Positions 1 through 10,527 of a DNA stretch of 64,000 nucleotides are shown one piece after another. Numbering within the stretch: the stretch's first letter is position 1; every line of letters begins with the position of its first letter. This stretch comes from Podospora anserina. Its lineage: Eukaryota. The position numbers were made by a program, and so were the translations under genes. The stretch is from positions 620,001 to 684,000 of the forward strand of contig CM030335.1 in NCBI GenBank assembly GCA_017654855.1, written 5' to 3'. The notes beneath the pieces were generated by a model. It was not told where the DNA came from. It saw nothing but the letters and a program-made list of their open reading frames with translations, and ran no database searches.

Positions 1-1332
1 ATGTCCGACTCCGTCCCAACCGGCCCCCCTCAGTTTCCCCCGCCCATCGACCCGGATGATCCCGGCCGTGGCCCGCTGGTCATGGGCCTCAACTACGGCT
101 TTACCATTGTGGCCATGATGGCCGTCGCCCTCCGCTTCTACGTGCGCAGGAAGGTTGGGAACCGGGCATGGGGGTGGGACGACTGGCTGATGCTGGTCGC
201 CGTCATCTTCCAGGTCGTCTGCGAGTGCCTGTTTGCACTGTCGTTCAAGCACGGCTTCGGCAAACATGACTACAGCATCCAGAAGCCAGACCAGTTTGTC
301 GAGATCATGAAGTGGGCCTGGATTGCCCAGGGGTTCGGCCAGGTCACGTCGATCGTGGCGCGCCTGTCCATCACCATTTCGCTCATCACCCTCTTTGGCG
401 TCCACCGATGGTTCAAGTGGTTCCTGATCGTGCTGACCACAGTGCAAACCATGCTTGGCACCGCCATGCTCGTTCTTTCGTACGCTCAGGTGCGCCCGCT
501 GGAGGCCCTGTGGAATGTCTTTATGGACCCTGCCAAGGTCTGGCGCCTCGACACAAAATACTTTATCAACCTCGGCTACCTCACACAGTCTGTGTACACC
601 TTTTCCGACGTGGCTTATGTCGTCATCCCGGTCGGCATCATCTGGCGGCTCAACATGACACTGCACCGCCGGCTGGGCCTGATCGCCCTCCTGGCCGCCA
701 TGCTCTTCACCGCCGCCATGTCCATCCTCAAGACCTACACCATCCACTGGCAGGGAGACCCAACCATCACGGATCCGCTCTACCGCAACAGTTTGCAGGT
801 GCTCTATGCCAACCTCGAGCAGACTAGCGTCATCATCATGGGTTGCGTCCCGTCCCTGCGCGCCATTGTCAACGTTGAATTGCCGTTTGGGCTGTCCCGC
901 CTCGGCCAGTCGGTGGCCAGTTTTCTGGGAAGCCGACGGTCGGCCACAAGCAAGGGCAGCGGCTTGTCCTTTCAGAAAGGGACCGGGAGCGGCGGCAGCG
1001 GGGGGGTCAGCTCCAAGCTCAAATCATTTGGCTCGTCGACGGTGGCGTCGAGGTATGATCATGACGCGACATATGCCGGGGGCTTCTACCAGGATCTGGA
1101 ACTCGGAACGCACAGTCTCGGGAACCATCACAGGTTCGGCACCAAAGTCCCGGTGGTCATGTCTGTCAGCCACAATGTCGGCAGCCCCGGGGCTCCAACG
1201 CCCCCTTCCAGCGGAGGGCATCATGGAGGCAGCACCGATCATCTTGTGCCGCCTGGTGGTGGGAACTACGTTGTGCGGACAGATCAGTTTTCGGTTCAGG
1301 AGTCATATCAAGGTCCAGGAAAGGCGCAGTGA
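1..1332 (+). CDS. PTH11-like (fungal rhodopsin-domain) integral membrane protein without CFEM domain
   Basis: 443-aa intronless ORF with about 7 hydrophobic segments and family motifs 'VALRFYVR..GWDDWL', 'GFGKH', 'IPV.IIWRLNM', 'EQ..IIMGCVPSLR'; Ser/Gly-rich cytoplasmic tail. Confidence 0.85.
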   Translation: MSDSVPTGPPQFPPPIDPDDPGRGPLVMGLNYGFTIVAMMAVALRFYVRRKVGNRAWGWDDWLMLVAVIFQVVCECLFALSFKHGFGKHDYSIQKPDQFVEIMKWAWIAQGFGQVTSIVARLSITISLITLFGVHRWFKWFLIVLTTVQTMLGTAMLVLSYAQVRPLEALWNVFMDPAKVWRLDTKYFINLGYLTQSVYTFSDVAYVVIPVGIIWRLNMTLHRRLGLIALLAAMLFTAAMSILKTYTIHWQGDPTITDPLYRNSLQVLYANLEQTSVIIMGCVPSLRAIVNVELPFGLSRLGQSVASFLGSRRSATSKGSGLSFQKGTGSGGSGGVSSKLKSFGSSTVASRYDHDATYAGGFYQDLELGTHSLGNHHRFGTKVPVVMSVSHNVGSPGAPTPPSSGGHHGGSTDHLVPPGGGNYVVRTDQFSVQESYQGPGKAQ

Positions 1333-1491
1333 TGGGCACCTCATCTTTATTGAGAGTGCTTACCTACCATGTATCCTTCATGTAGAGCGACCACCCACCT
1401 TATCTAAACTATACCAACCCTCTGTTATGAATAATGACCATGTTGTTGAAGCAAGAACCACCTCGTCATGAGCTTGTCTGTGCCAACCGCT

Positions 1492-2745
1492 TCAAAGCAA
1501 CCGAACATCCATCACGCTCTCATAACTAGCTTCATTGTACACATATGTCCTGACCAACCGCAGCCCAACCTCCCCAAACAGTCCCTTCCACTGCTCCTCG
1601 GACCTCTCGGCACCAGCAAACGCCGCAAGCATCGTGATATCATGAGCTGCCGCGTCCAGCCCTGTGCCGATCGCAGGGGGGATGATCTCGTCAATCAACA
1701 TGATCGACTCCTCCGTCATCGCGTCCATTGTCTGCTTCAGCAGCAGCTTGACCTTGTGGTCCGGGTGGTTGTGGAACACGCCACGCAAAAAGTAAAACTT
1801 GGCCCCCCTGACGGGCTGCGGCTTGAAAAAGTCATGGACCATGTTTTCGACACCGGGCGTCGCAAGGGCGGCCGCGATGGAGTGCGGAAGGTCCTGCAGG
1901 ATGACCCGGCCGGGGAGGACGTCGGCCGGGAACTTGTCGCGGAACTCGGCGCACTGGTGCCCGATGTTGCCGCCGATGTTGACGTAGAGCGGCCGGTCTG
2001 CCGGCCAGGACTCGGGGACTTGCTCGCGGACCGGGTAGACGGAGAGCCAGCCGAGCTCGGGCTCGCGGCGAAAGGCCATGTAGTCGTTGAAGTAGGACAT
2101 GTTGTCCGGTTTGTCGGCGAACCAAGTGAAGGGGCCCTTGTCGGTCTTGAAGGCATCGTGCCAGGCCGTTTGCGTCTCGTCGCCGGCGTTTCTGTAGCCC
2201 GTGCGCTTGAGATGGTCCGGGAGGGCGAAATACTCGGGGCAGCAGGTGTAGAAGTAATGCCTCAGGCCCGATTCGGCCACCTTGGCTGTCATGTTTCTGG
2301 AGGCATGGTTTGCCTTGAAAGCGTCCTTTGACACCTGGTCGACGAGTCCGATGGAGGCAAGATAGCGAAGAAGTCGGAGTAGAAGTGCCGCCTCAGCGCC
2401 CGTCTTTGCCGCAAGCTCGGCCAAAGTCAGGGACCCTGTGGACCCTGCTTCGGCTTCAACAAGGAGCCGGAAGAGGCCCAGGTCAACGGCCGTGAGGGCA
2501 ACAGATGTCTGGAGAGAAAGACCTCCAATACGCTGGACTGTGTCATCAGGAGTCTCCAGAGAGTATATGAGCTTGGTCAGAGCAAGAATGATCGGCTGTC
2601 GGGCACTGTGGCCTGCCTCGCTGGCGAGCTGTTTGATGTTCTCAATGGCTGCGTCCATTGTTGACTGCTGGTAGGTATCTTGGATGGTTGTTGAGTAGGT
2701 AGATGAGAACGTTTGTTGACTTCCATTCTCGAGGTCGTTGGCCAT
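1492..2745 (-). CDS. O-methyltransferase (Methyltransf_2 family, secondary metabolism); alternative start at 2658 (MDAAIE)
   Basis: Winged-helix N-terminus (LLLRLLRYLASIG), SAM motif YVNIGGNIGHQC, 'ILQDLP', 'HDFFKPQPVRGAKFYFLRGVFHNHPD', C-terminal 'ERSEEQW'. Confidence 0.9.
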   Translation of the reverse strand: MANDLENGSQQTFSSTYSTTIQDTYQQSTMDAAIENIKQLASEAGHSARQPIILALTKLIYSLETPDDTVQRIGGLSLQTSVALTAVDLGLFRLLVEAEAGSTGSLTLAELAAKTGAEAALLLRLLRYLASIGLVDQVSKDAFKANHASRNMTAKVAESGLRHYFYTCCPEYFALPDHLKRTGYRNAGDETQTAWHDAFKTDKGPFTWFADKPDNMSYFNDYMAFRREPELGWLSVYPVREQVPESWPADRPLYVNIGGNIGHQCAEFRDKFPADVLPGRVILQDLPHSIAAALATPGVENMVHDFFKPQPVRGAKFYFLRGVFHNHPDHKVKLLLKQTMDAMTEESIMLIDEIIPPAIGTGLDAAAHDITMLAAFAGAERSEEQWKGLFGEVGLRLVRTYVYNEASYESVMDVRLL

Positions 2746-3262
2746 ACCTCGGCTTCTTCAACAAACGCATCGAGAGCCTCCCAATGCAACTTTGAATTCA
2801 TCATGCATGCGCAGGTGATGGTTCACCCGACCAAGGTAGGAGGTATCGGAAGAAACTGACCTTAGGGAGGCTTTCCGGACTGGGATTTCGTAATTGGTTC
2901 GGTCTAGGCCAATGCTTCTCCTGTAGGGCTCTACCACGCTATCACTGACTGCGCCGCAAGACCATTGAACAATGAAAGCGTGTCAGCACAAGCGGCACAG
3001 TACGGTAACGGGGTGTATGTAACACGAAAGTACCCCGGGTTCCCGGTTGGGACTGGAAGCCCACAAAGCGCCACACCGTGCGGCGTAGCTATTAGCCGAG
3101 AATCCGACGTGGGATGCAATCATGTATGTTGTTGGTATCGATTTTGGTTGCGGGTTAGCAACAGGCCAAACTGGAAGAGGGGATAGCATACATACCCTGT
3201 GCTCATGGATCCGAAGTAACCCAGACAAGCTCAACATTGAGCTCTCAGCTTGCATTGCGGTC

Positions 3263-4882
3263 ATGATGGTGCCATTTCCAGTATCCTCGCCGGCTACGGT
3301 TCTATTCTGCTTGATAACTGTTCTGGTTATCTCACGGGTGGTCTCGAACCGAAAGCTACGAACCAAGCGGGAGAACATCGTGACGATCGGTGTCAACATC
3401 AAAAACAACACAAATGGCATCATTAGCCAGACGTCAGCGCTTCTTCGCTCTCTCACTTCAACATCAGAGTGGGCTCGGAATGGATACCAACGCTTTTCAA
3501 AGACCCCTATTCAGAGGGCCTTTGCACTACCCAGCATGTGGACGGGATCTGACGTGGTGGTGCTGCCTCCGGCTCTGCTCACATCTGTTCTCAACCGACC
3601 AGAGGCCGAGCTTGCCGCACATCACGCCCAGCTCGACACGATTCAGCTGCCGTACATGATGAGCGACTCGGATGTCTACAACAATCCAATCCAGTATGAC
3701 GTTATCCGCCGGACCATGTCCCGCCAGCATGTTGGTTCACTTGCGGCAACAACGGCAAAGGAGTTGCAGAATGCCTTCTCGACCTACTGGTCCGCTCCAG
3801 TCAAGCATGACCGGGACTGGGCAACACTTGACAACTGGGAGGCTTGTGGTAAGGTTTTCACCCGTGTAGCCATGCTATCATTCGTCGGCTCTCCGCTCGG
3901 TCATGACGAGAGGTTACTCGACTGGGCCCGCAAATATGCCAGCTCGGTGATTACCGGTACCGCCTTCATCAACTGCCTGCCTCCGGGCTGGATTCGATCA
4001 AGTGCAGGGCCCTTGTTTGGGATCCAAGCAAGGTACTACCAGTCTCGCTGCCTCCGAATAATGGTTCCCGTCATACAGGAGAGGGTCTGGAAGCTCCAGA
4101 ATGGTGCCGGGCAGGACGTGGATGACTTCCTCCAGTCGACCATCCTGCGTTGCTCTCGAACGGGAGATCCCCGGCAGATGGACCCCCAGCGCATCGCTCT
4201 TAGGCTCCTCGGCCTGGCTACCATGTCCATCATGGGCATGGTGTACGTTTTCACGCACTGCGTTGCTGATGTGTACGGAATGCCTGACCGCAAGCGAGAA
4301 GAGCTGCTCGCCGCGCTCGAGGCGGAATGCAAGCGGGAAGCCAGGCCAGACGAAGGTGTCCCGTTTTCTCTTCTCGACTCAACCTTGAACGAGTCCATGC
4401 GTCTCAACAATATCAGCGTCACCAGTTTGGCACGGGATGTGGCCGTTGATAGCCTTCATATCCCGGGTGTTGAAAAGGCGGGTGACGATGCTGGCGGTAT
4501 TTCCTACACGTTGCCACGCGGTTCCCGCATCGTCTTTCCAACACAGGAGATGCATAGGGATGAGGGGGTGTATGGGCGTAACCCGGAGGAGTTTGATCCC
4601 TTCCGGTTCTATCGAGAGTTTCAGACAGAAGGGGGGAGATTCGATGATATGTGTAAGGGTCTGCTGGTGTTTGGGTATGGAAAGCACGCCTGTCCAGGCA
4701 GGCACTACGCTATGCAGACGCTGAGGCAGACTCTGGCATATCTGGTGCTCAATTACGATGTTGCGTTGGTTGGTCCAGTTGATGCTGATGGGGGGCATGC
4801 CTTGCGAGGGAAGAGGCAAACGCTGTTGAACGTGAACGTGCCCAACGTAGATCTCAAGATCCGCGTCAGGCGCAAGAGATAG
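3263..4882 (+). CDS. Cytochrome P450 monooxygenase (secondary metabolism type), intronless
   Basis: N-terminal TM anchor after ATG 3263; ExxR (ESMR), FDPFRF, heme motif FGYGKHACPGR. Confidence 0.92.
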   Translation: MMVPFPVSSPATVLFCLITVLVISRVVSNRKLRTKRENIVTIGVNIKNNTNGIISQTSALLRSLTSTSEWARNGYQRFSKTPIQRAFALPSMWTGSDVVVLPPALLTSVLNRPEAELAAHHAQLDTIQLPYMMSDSDVYNNPIQYDVIRRTMSRQHVGSLAATTAKELQNAFSTYWSAPVKHDRDWATLDNWEACGKVFTRVAMLSFVGSPLGHDERLLDWARKYASSVITGTAFINCLPPGWIRSSAGPLFGIQARYYQSRCLRIMVPVIQERVWKLQNGAGQDVDDFLQSTILRCSRTGDPRQMDPQRIALRLLGLATMSIMGMVYVFTHCVADVYGMPDRKREELLAALEAECKREARPDEGVPFSLLDSTLNESMRLNNISVTSLARDVAVDSLHIPGVEKAGDDAGGISYTLPRGSRIVFPTQEMHRDEGVYGRNPEEFDPFRFYREFQTEGGRFDDMCKGLLVFGYGKHACPGRHYAMQTLRQTLAYLVLNYDVALVGPVDADGGHALRGKRQTLLNVNVPNVDLKIRVRRKR

Positions 4883-5032
4883 ACACTTTGCATACCTTAC
4901 TTTTCCTTCAAAACTGCCAGAAAGCCCCCATGGGATATGAGCGCCTACCTACCTAGACACCCAGGTACTAAACAATGCATCACAAGCCAAACACATAAAA
5001 GAGACACTAAGCGTGTGAAAAAGAGACAAAGA

Positions 5033-8000
5033 CTACACCCCCCTCTCCCTCATAGCCCTCACAAACACCTCGGCAAACCCCTCCACAAACTCAGGCCCAA
5101 TCATGGTGTAGTGCGCCCCCCCAACACCGTGAAACCTCACGCCACCGCCGCCGCCAACTCCCTCACGCAAACAGACAAACTCCCTCCACCCCATCAAATG
5201 ATCCCTCAACCAAACCTCCCTCGTCTCGGCCACGGCCCTCAGCGGCACAGCATAAAACACATCCATCCCCCCATCAATCTCCCCAGCCTCTGGCTCATAA
5301 TCCACAGCAATACTCTGCAGCCCATACGCCACATCCGCCCACCGAGCCAAATCCCCCCCGCCCAGCCCCAGCTCCGCCAACCTCCCCCCATCCGCCACAT
5401 CCAGCACCACCCGCAAAGCCCTGCCCTTGTCCCCCTCCCGCGCCAGCATCCGGTCCAGCTCCTCCGTCTCCTCCTCCCCCGCGACCAGGCCGAGGAAGTA
5501 GGCGAGGTTGATCAGGCACCGGTTCCAGTTCAGGTACCTCATCCTCTCCTTGATCCTCGGGGGCAGGTTGAGGACGCCGAGGAACTTGACGCTGTCGCCG
5601 GCTTTCTGGAGGAGCTTGGCCATCTCGAAGGCGAACATGGAGCCGTAGGAGTAACCCGCCAGGCAGTACGGCCCTCTGGGTTGGTGGCGTTTGATGGCCG
5701 ATGCGTAAAAGGTTACGGCTTGGGTGATGGAGGTGAACAACTGGGGGGGGGAGGGTTCGTGATGGGGATTGGGCGGCTCGAAGCCGGGGGCGCGGAGGGC
5801 GTAGATTGGTCTTCGGGGGGAGGAGAGGGAAAGGTGGTGGACGAGGGGGATGAACACCAGGACTTCGCCCACGCCGGGGTGGATGAGCCAGAGGGGGGTG
5901 GGGGCTTGGTTTTCGGGAGAGGGGGGGTTGGCGGGTGGTGGGCGGAAGATGATGACAGGGTCGTAGTTGGGGAGCGAGGTGGCTGGGTTGGTAAGGGGGG
6001 TTGGGATGGGTTGGGGTTTTTTGTTTTGCTGGAGGGCGTCCTCGACTACTGCTGCTAGGGCACGAGCGGTGGGGTTCTTCATGATGGCGATGACGGGTAA
6101 TGACACGGTGAACCGCTTGTCGAGGGCGTGTTTCAGGCGGATGAGGTCCATGGACGTGAAGCCCAGCTCCCATACAGGAGTATCGAGGTCACATCCGCTC
6201 TCCAAATTACCTCGTCGTTCTCTGGTAAAGTCTTGGAGGATGCCGGCCTCCACATCCGTCAGCTTGGAGTTCCTGGGCGTCCCCTTTCTGTTGACACCGT
6301 TTACCAGGTCGCGGTGTCGGGCTACATCAACGGCAAAGAGATCTCTCTCAAAGAGAGATCTCATCTTGGCTCGTGAAATCTTTCCCAATGTTGTTGTTGG
6401 CAGCAGTTGCATTGATTCAGGGGTCAAGGCAAAGATGAGTGGGCGAGAGGCGGTGGCCAATAGACAGGCTTCCGTTAGGCTTCTGTCAACCTCAGCCATT
6501 CGGATGGCAACGTCCTCGGCTTCCCATTCGATTTTGGCCGGCACATAGGCAACCGTCACCTGCTCCGTGTGAGCATTATTGGATGGGAAGACGAAAAGAC
6601 GCGAGACAACTTCCTTCCCCTGAACAGCCTGTTCGAGGAGCAACTGGATATCGGCGATGGGCGTTTTCACCCCGTTGATGTTGACCAGTTCTTTCACACG
6701 TCCTACCAGACATAGGCGGCCATCAGAATCCAACAGAGCGCGGTCCCCGGTGCGGAACCACCCATCCTCCGTAAATGCCTGCTCCGTAGCCGCCGGGTTT
6801 CTGTAGTACGATCCAAAGACCATGGTGCCCCGTACCTCGAGATCGCCCGGCTCATTTGGCAGGGCGTTTCTTCTTTGCCGATCCGATTCAGGCCCAGATC
6901 CCCAGCTGACTTGGACTCGCATCTCCATGCCACGTATGCATGTGCCGAGTGAGGCAACGGGGTAGCCCCTCTCGAGATCATAGTCTGGACAGCTTGTACT
7001 GTAGATGCAGCCAGCGCATGTCTCGGTCATTCCAAACCCGGGGGCTATAACATTCCTGGGCGCGCCGTACCGTTCGAGAAGCGCCGAGGCTTCCACGCAT
7101 GTCTGCATGTCATTTGCCTCTCCCCCAGACACAAGAAATGCCAAGCTTGAAAGATTCCACTGCTTGGTGTTTTGCTCCGGCTGCCTCTTGCTGGCTGATA
7201 CGAGACTGGCCAGGAAGAAGTTGGGCGCAAAGGACCGGGAGACACGATGGCGACTCAGAAGGTCCAAGAAGAGAAACGGTGACGATACAACATCGGCAGT
7301 TCCGACGTGAACCTGGTCAACGTTTTCCCACAGGGCGTGAATGTGTATCTCAATCAAGGCTCCGACGTGGTCGAGGCCGATCCAATTCAGAAACGGGCGA
7401 CCGGGCGGAAGAACACATGCCCCTGACTTCCCTGCTACTGATGCCAACACCATGCTGTGAGTCAGACACACGGCTTTGGCGTTGCCCGTGCTCCCCGATG
7501 TCAGCATCAGCATGGCCAGGGAGTTTGGATCTCCCTGTGCTCGTGGTAGGCCGTTCCGATCCAATCCATCTTCTTTGTGTCCTTTCCTGCTGCCCTCTTC
7601 CAACAGCTCAACAGTCACGATTTCAAGGTCATGATCCACGCCGTCGAAGAGAGAGACATTTCCAGTCCGTGTGATGCAGATCGGAGACTCTAGAAGGTTT
7701 GAAAGGCCCTTGATGTGCTTTTTGCGGTAACCTGGGGCATTGCTGAATGGAGTAGAGAGTACGGGGAGCCCTCTGGCCATCCGAACGGACCAAAACCAAA
7801 GGATTGTGTCTTGGTGGTTGTCCAGATGAAGCAGGATTGGCTTCTGCTCTCGGAATGATGGGAGAGCACGGACGGCTCGCGAGTTTGAGGTTGCCAGAGC
7901 CAGCAGGTGGGCATATGATATGTCCGTCGGAGTGCTGGGGTTTCCCGGGGCGTAGAACAGAAGGCGTTGGCACGGGCTGCTTCTTGCTCGGCTTTGCAAG

Positions 8001-8047
8001 AGGTCCTCTAGGGTCGCTATTCCGGTGTGATGAGGCGAGGGCTTCAT
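5033..8047 (-). CDS. NRPS-like A-T-TE enzyme (aryl-pyruvate-dimerising quinone/furanone synthetase family: TdiA/AtrA/MelA/ApvA/MicA type)
   Basis: A-domain motifs LTSGSTGNAK, WIGLDHV, FAPNFF, SGGEAN, GFGMTET, FRTGD, GRVKE, LPTTTLGKISR; T domain LGFTSMDL; TE with HPGVGE, GYSYG and C-terminal GAHYTM; no C domain. Confidence 0.95.
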   Translation of the reverse strand: MKPSPHHTGIATLEDLLQSRARSSPCQRLLFYAPGNPSTPTDISYAHLLALATSNSRAVRALPSFREQKPILLHLDNHQDTILWFWSVRMARGLPVLSTPFSNAPGYRKKHIKGLSNLLESPICITRTGNVSLFDGVDHDLEIVTVELLEEGSRKGHKEDGLDRNGLPRAQGDPNSLAMLMLTSGSTGNAKAVCLTHSMVLASVAGKSGACVLPPGRPFLNWIGLDHVGALIEIHIHALWENVDQVHVGTADVVSSPFLFLDLLSRHRVSRSFAPNFFLASLVSASKRQPEQNTKQWNLSSLAFLVSGGEANDMQTCVEASALLERYGAPRNVIAPGFGMTETCAGCIYSTSCPDYDLERGYPVASLGTCIRGMEMRVQVSWGSGPESDRQRRNALPNEPGDLEVRGTMVFGSYYRNPAATEQAFTEDGWFRTGDRALLDSDGRLCLVGRVKELVNINGVKTPIADIQLLLEQAVQGKEVVSRLFVFPSNNAHTEQVTVAYVPAKIEWEAEDVAIRMAEVDRSLTEACLLATASRPLIFALTPESMQLLPTTTLGKISRAKMRSLFERDLFAVDVARHRDLVNGVNRKGTPRNSKLTDVEAGILQDFTRERRGNLESGCDLDTPVWELGFTSMDLIRLKHALDKRFTVSLPVIAIMKNPTARALAAVVEDALQQNKKPQPIPTPLTNPATSLPNYDPVIIFRPPPANPPSPENQAPTPLWLIHPGVGEVLVFIPLVHHLSLSSPRRPIYALRAPGFEPPNPHHEPSPPQLFTSITQAVTFYASAIKRHQPRGPYCLAGYSYGSMFAFEMAKLLQKAGDSVKFLGVLNLPPRIKERMRYLNWNRCLINLAYFLGLVAGEEETEELDRMLAREGDKGRALRVVLDVADGGRLAELGLGGGDLARWADVAYGLQSIAVDYEPEAGEIDGGMDVFYAVPLRAVAETREVWLRDHLMGWREFVCLREGVGGGGGVRFHGVGGAHYTMIGPEFVEGFAEVFVRAMRERGV

Positions 8048-8707
8048 CTTGATGGATGCGCAAAGTGATGGGTAGGCTGGTGGGCGGTATTGTCTTTGCT
8101 TTAAAATGTTCTCTAGTCTCTCTTGAGGGTGTGATTAAAGTAGGTAGGTAGCTGTCTCATACCCATACCTAGGTAGGTACCTACTCAACCTACAAGACAC
8201 CTGCTATCTGGTAAAGAACCCCGAAACGTGAAGCCGCCACGCCTTGGCGAGGTCAGTTTGGCCGAGACCGAAATCAGACGAACCATGGTGAGATCGGCCG
8301 AATCGCCAGTTCACCCGCTTTTGCACACACCCCTTTTCACCGTGCTTGTTGTACCCCTCCTCCTTTCCACATCAACATGCAGCCAGGGCGTAGTACCCCG
8401 TTGGGTAAGCCGAAAAGCGATAGTTGGTGATTCGATACGCATGGTGCACCGCTGACATGCATCGGGGCGGCGGTGCCGTCTTACCTTGTTTTCGTGATCA
8501 ATGGAAAGGCGTTTCGGCTTGGAGCAATATTTCTATATCGGGGTATCATCGTGTGTCCCCAAGACAACAACCGCAAAACGCAGGCAGGTATATGTGCTGA
8601 CCGACCTTATCCTGGGCGCCATCACCCAGCTGGAGGCTGACTTGCAGGAGTGCATACCTTACCTACCTACCGTTCACTCATCGCTTTCTTTCCCATCTCG
8701 TTTCAGT

Positions 8708-10145
8708 ATGCCTGGATCATCAACGCCGTCGTGCTCCAAGCCAAGAATCTTGGAGCTCGCAGATAGAATCAGCCACTCGGCAGCCCACCTGGACAGTATT
8801 CTGCGCGCCAAGGATGTTCCCTCACCCTCGTTTGCGGAGGATGCCCCTGCTCCTTACCCGTCAGAAACGGATGATGTTCGGGACGTCATCGTCGACGCTG
8901 CCGCCGAGCTGTATGATCTGTTGCTCGAGCCCATGGCCTTGCTCTACAAAAAGACGGGAGTAAGATTCGCACCCCGAACACCCCAAACCATGTCATGAAT
9001 GGCAGAACTAGACACTGATGCAGAGCAGCACAACAATATGGTGTGCCTCCAGTTCATAACCCGCTTCAGTGTCGCCGACATGGTGCCGGCGGGCGGACAG
9101 ATCTCCTTTGGTGATATTGCTGCAAAGGTCCCAGGGCTGACTGAATCCATCGTCAGCCGTCTACTGCGACATGCCATGACGATGCACGTGTTCCACGAGC
9201 CCCAACCCGGCATGGTCGCCCATACCAAAGCCTCCAAAGCCCTTCAAACCAACCCGGTGTTGAACGCTTGGCTGAGGAACGGAACCCATGAGATGTGGCC
9301 GGCTGCGATCAAGATGCTTGACGCCCTAGAAAAGTGGCCCGAGTCCTCAGAGCCGTCAGAGACGGGGTTTGCCCTGGCGAATGGTACAGTTGCCACCGCC
9401 TTTGAGATCCTCGGCAGCGACCCCGCCCGGGCCGCCAGGTTCGGTCGCGCCATGAGCATCTACGCCATGAAGCCCGAGTACTCGCCTTCTTACCTGACAG
9501 AATACTTCGACTGGGCAAGTCTTGGATCGGCGCGTGTTCTGGCGGTGGCGGGGGCCTCCTATTTCCAAGTCGCTGTTGAACTTGCTCGAAGATTCCCCAA
9601 CTTGCAGGTCACGGTGCAAGACACGGCACAAGCTCTGCCTGTTCCGGCGGCTGGAGCAGTGCCAGCCGATGTGGAGGAACGGTTGAACGTCGCGGTCGTA
9701 GAAGATACCTTTGCTCCCCAGATGTCTAGCACACAGCCAGTTGATATCGTACTGCTCCGTTGGGTGCTGCATATCTGGCCTGACAAGTACTGTGTCCGTC
9801 TGCTGAGAGCACAGATCCCTCTGATGCGAACTGGAACAAGGCTTGTCATCCAGGACGTCATCTTTCCGAAGCCAGGAACAGTAGCACAGTGGCGGGAACA
9901 GGATTTGAGGTAAGCGATGTCCCATTGTTTGCATGTCCGGTAAAAGAAGCATTCGAGGCTGACCAAAGGCGGCGGTGACCAGGGCGAGCGATGTCCACAT
10001 GGCCAACCTTTTTAATGGAAAAGAGAGGACAGCCGAGGAGTGGGAGGCACTTGTCGTCGATGCCGATCCGCGATTTGTGGTCTCGCGCGTGGTTGAGCCC
10101 AAGGGATCAGCTCTGGGCATCATTGAAGTTGCGTGGCAGGAGTGA
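8708..10145 (+). CDS. O-methyltransferase-fold protein with degenerate SAM-binding motif; exons 8708-8959, 9029-9909, 9983-10145
   Basis: Introns 8960-9028 (GTAAGA..CTGAT..CAG) and 9910-9982 (GTAAGC..GCTGAC..CAG) join the reading frames; 'RLLRHAMTMHVFHEP..GMVAHT', 'LLRWVLHIWPD', 'NGKERTAEEW'. Confidence 0.85.
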
Positions 10146-10527
10146 ATGAGTAGGTAATACCGAGGACATCGATCTCGCACAGTGTCAAGTGTAATAACAT
10201 TTCAGCTTTGTTGTGTTTGTTGTCCAGTGCCAGGAGCACTGTCAGCCAGGCTGCTTCGCCGCAGGGCCACGTCGCTGACGCCGATCACCCACTCACAGCT
10301 GCATGCTGAGCTGCATTTGAATAAATACTGTTCCCCATTTGAGCCAAACATGATCATACTTGTCGACACTATTGATTCTCTCAAGAGGTTGGGGCGATCA
10401 GCAACGATCAGGGCGCCACTATCCACGGGCCAAGGGAGTACAAAAGCTCGCCGATTGCCTGTCTCGCCGCAGCCACCAGATCCCACTCTCTTTTGCATCT
10501 TCTCCAACACACTTGCGGCTATCCACA

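Noticed and set aside
4937-6548. Long antisense and alternative-frame ORFs over the NRPS-like gene (similar ones overlap OMT, RPB2 and M13)
   Set aside because: Shadow ORFs caused by GC-rich codon bias of the real genes; low-complexity translations
8138-8185. TAGGTAGG/CCTACCTA runs (also near 38900-38970 and 39735)
   Set aside because: Short simple repeats scattered in intergenic DNA; no target-site duplication or element structure
2853-8259. Shared 10-mer AGGTCAGTTT in both divergent cluster promoters (2853-2862 minus, 8250-8259 plus)
   Set aside because: One shared 10-mer between two 500-650 bp regions on either strand is roughly expected by chance; it needs cross-species conservation to count
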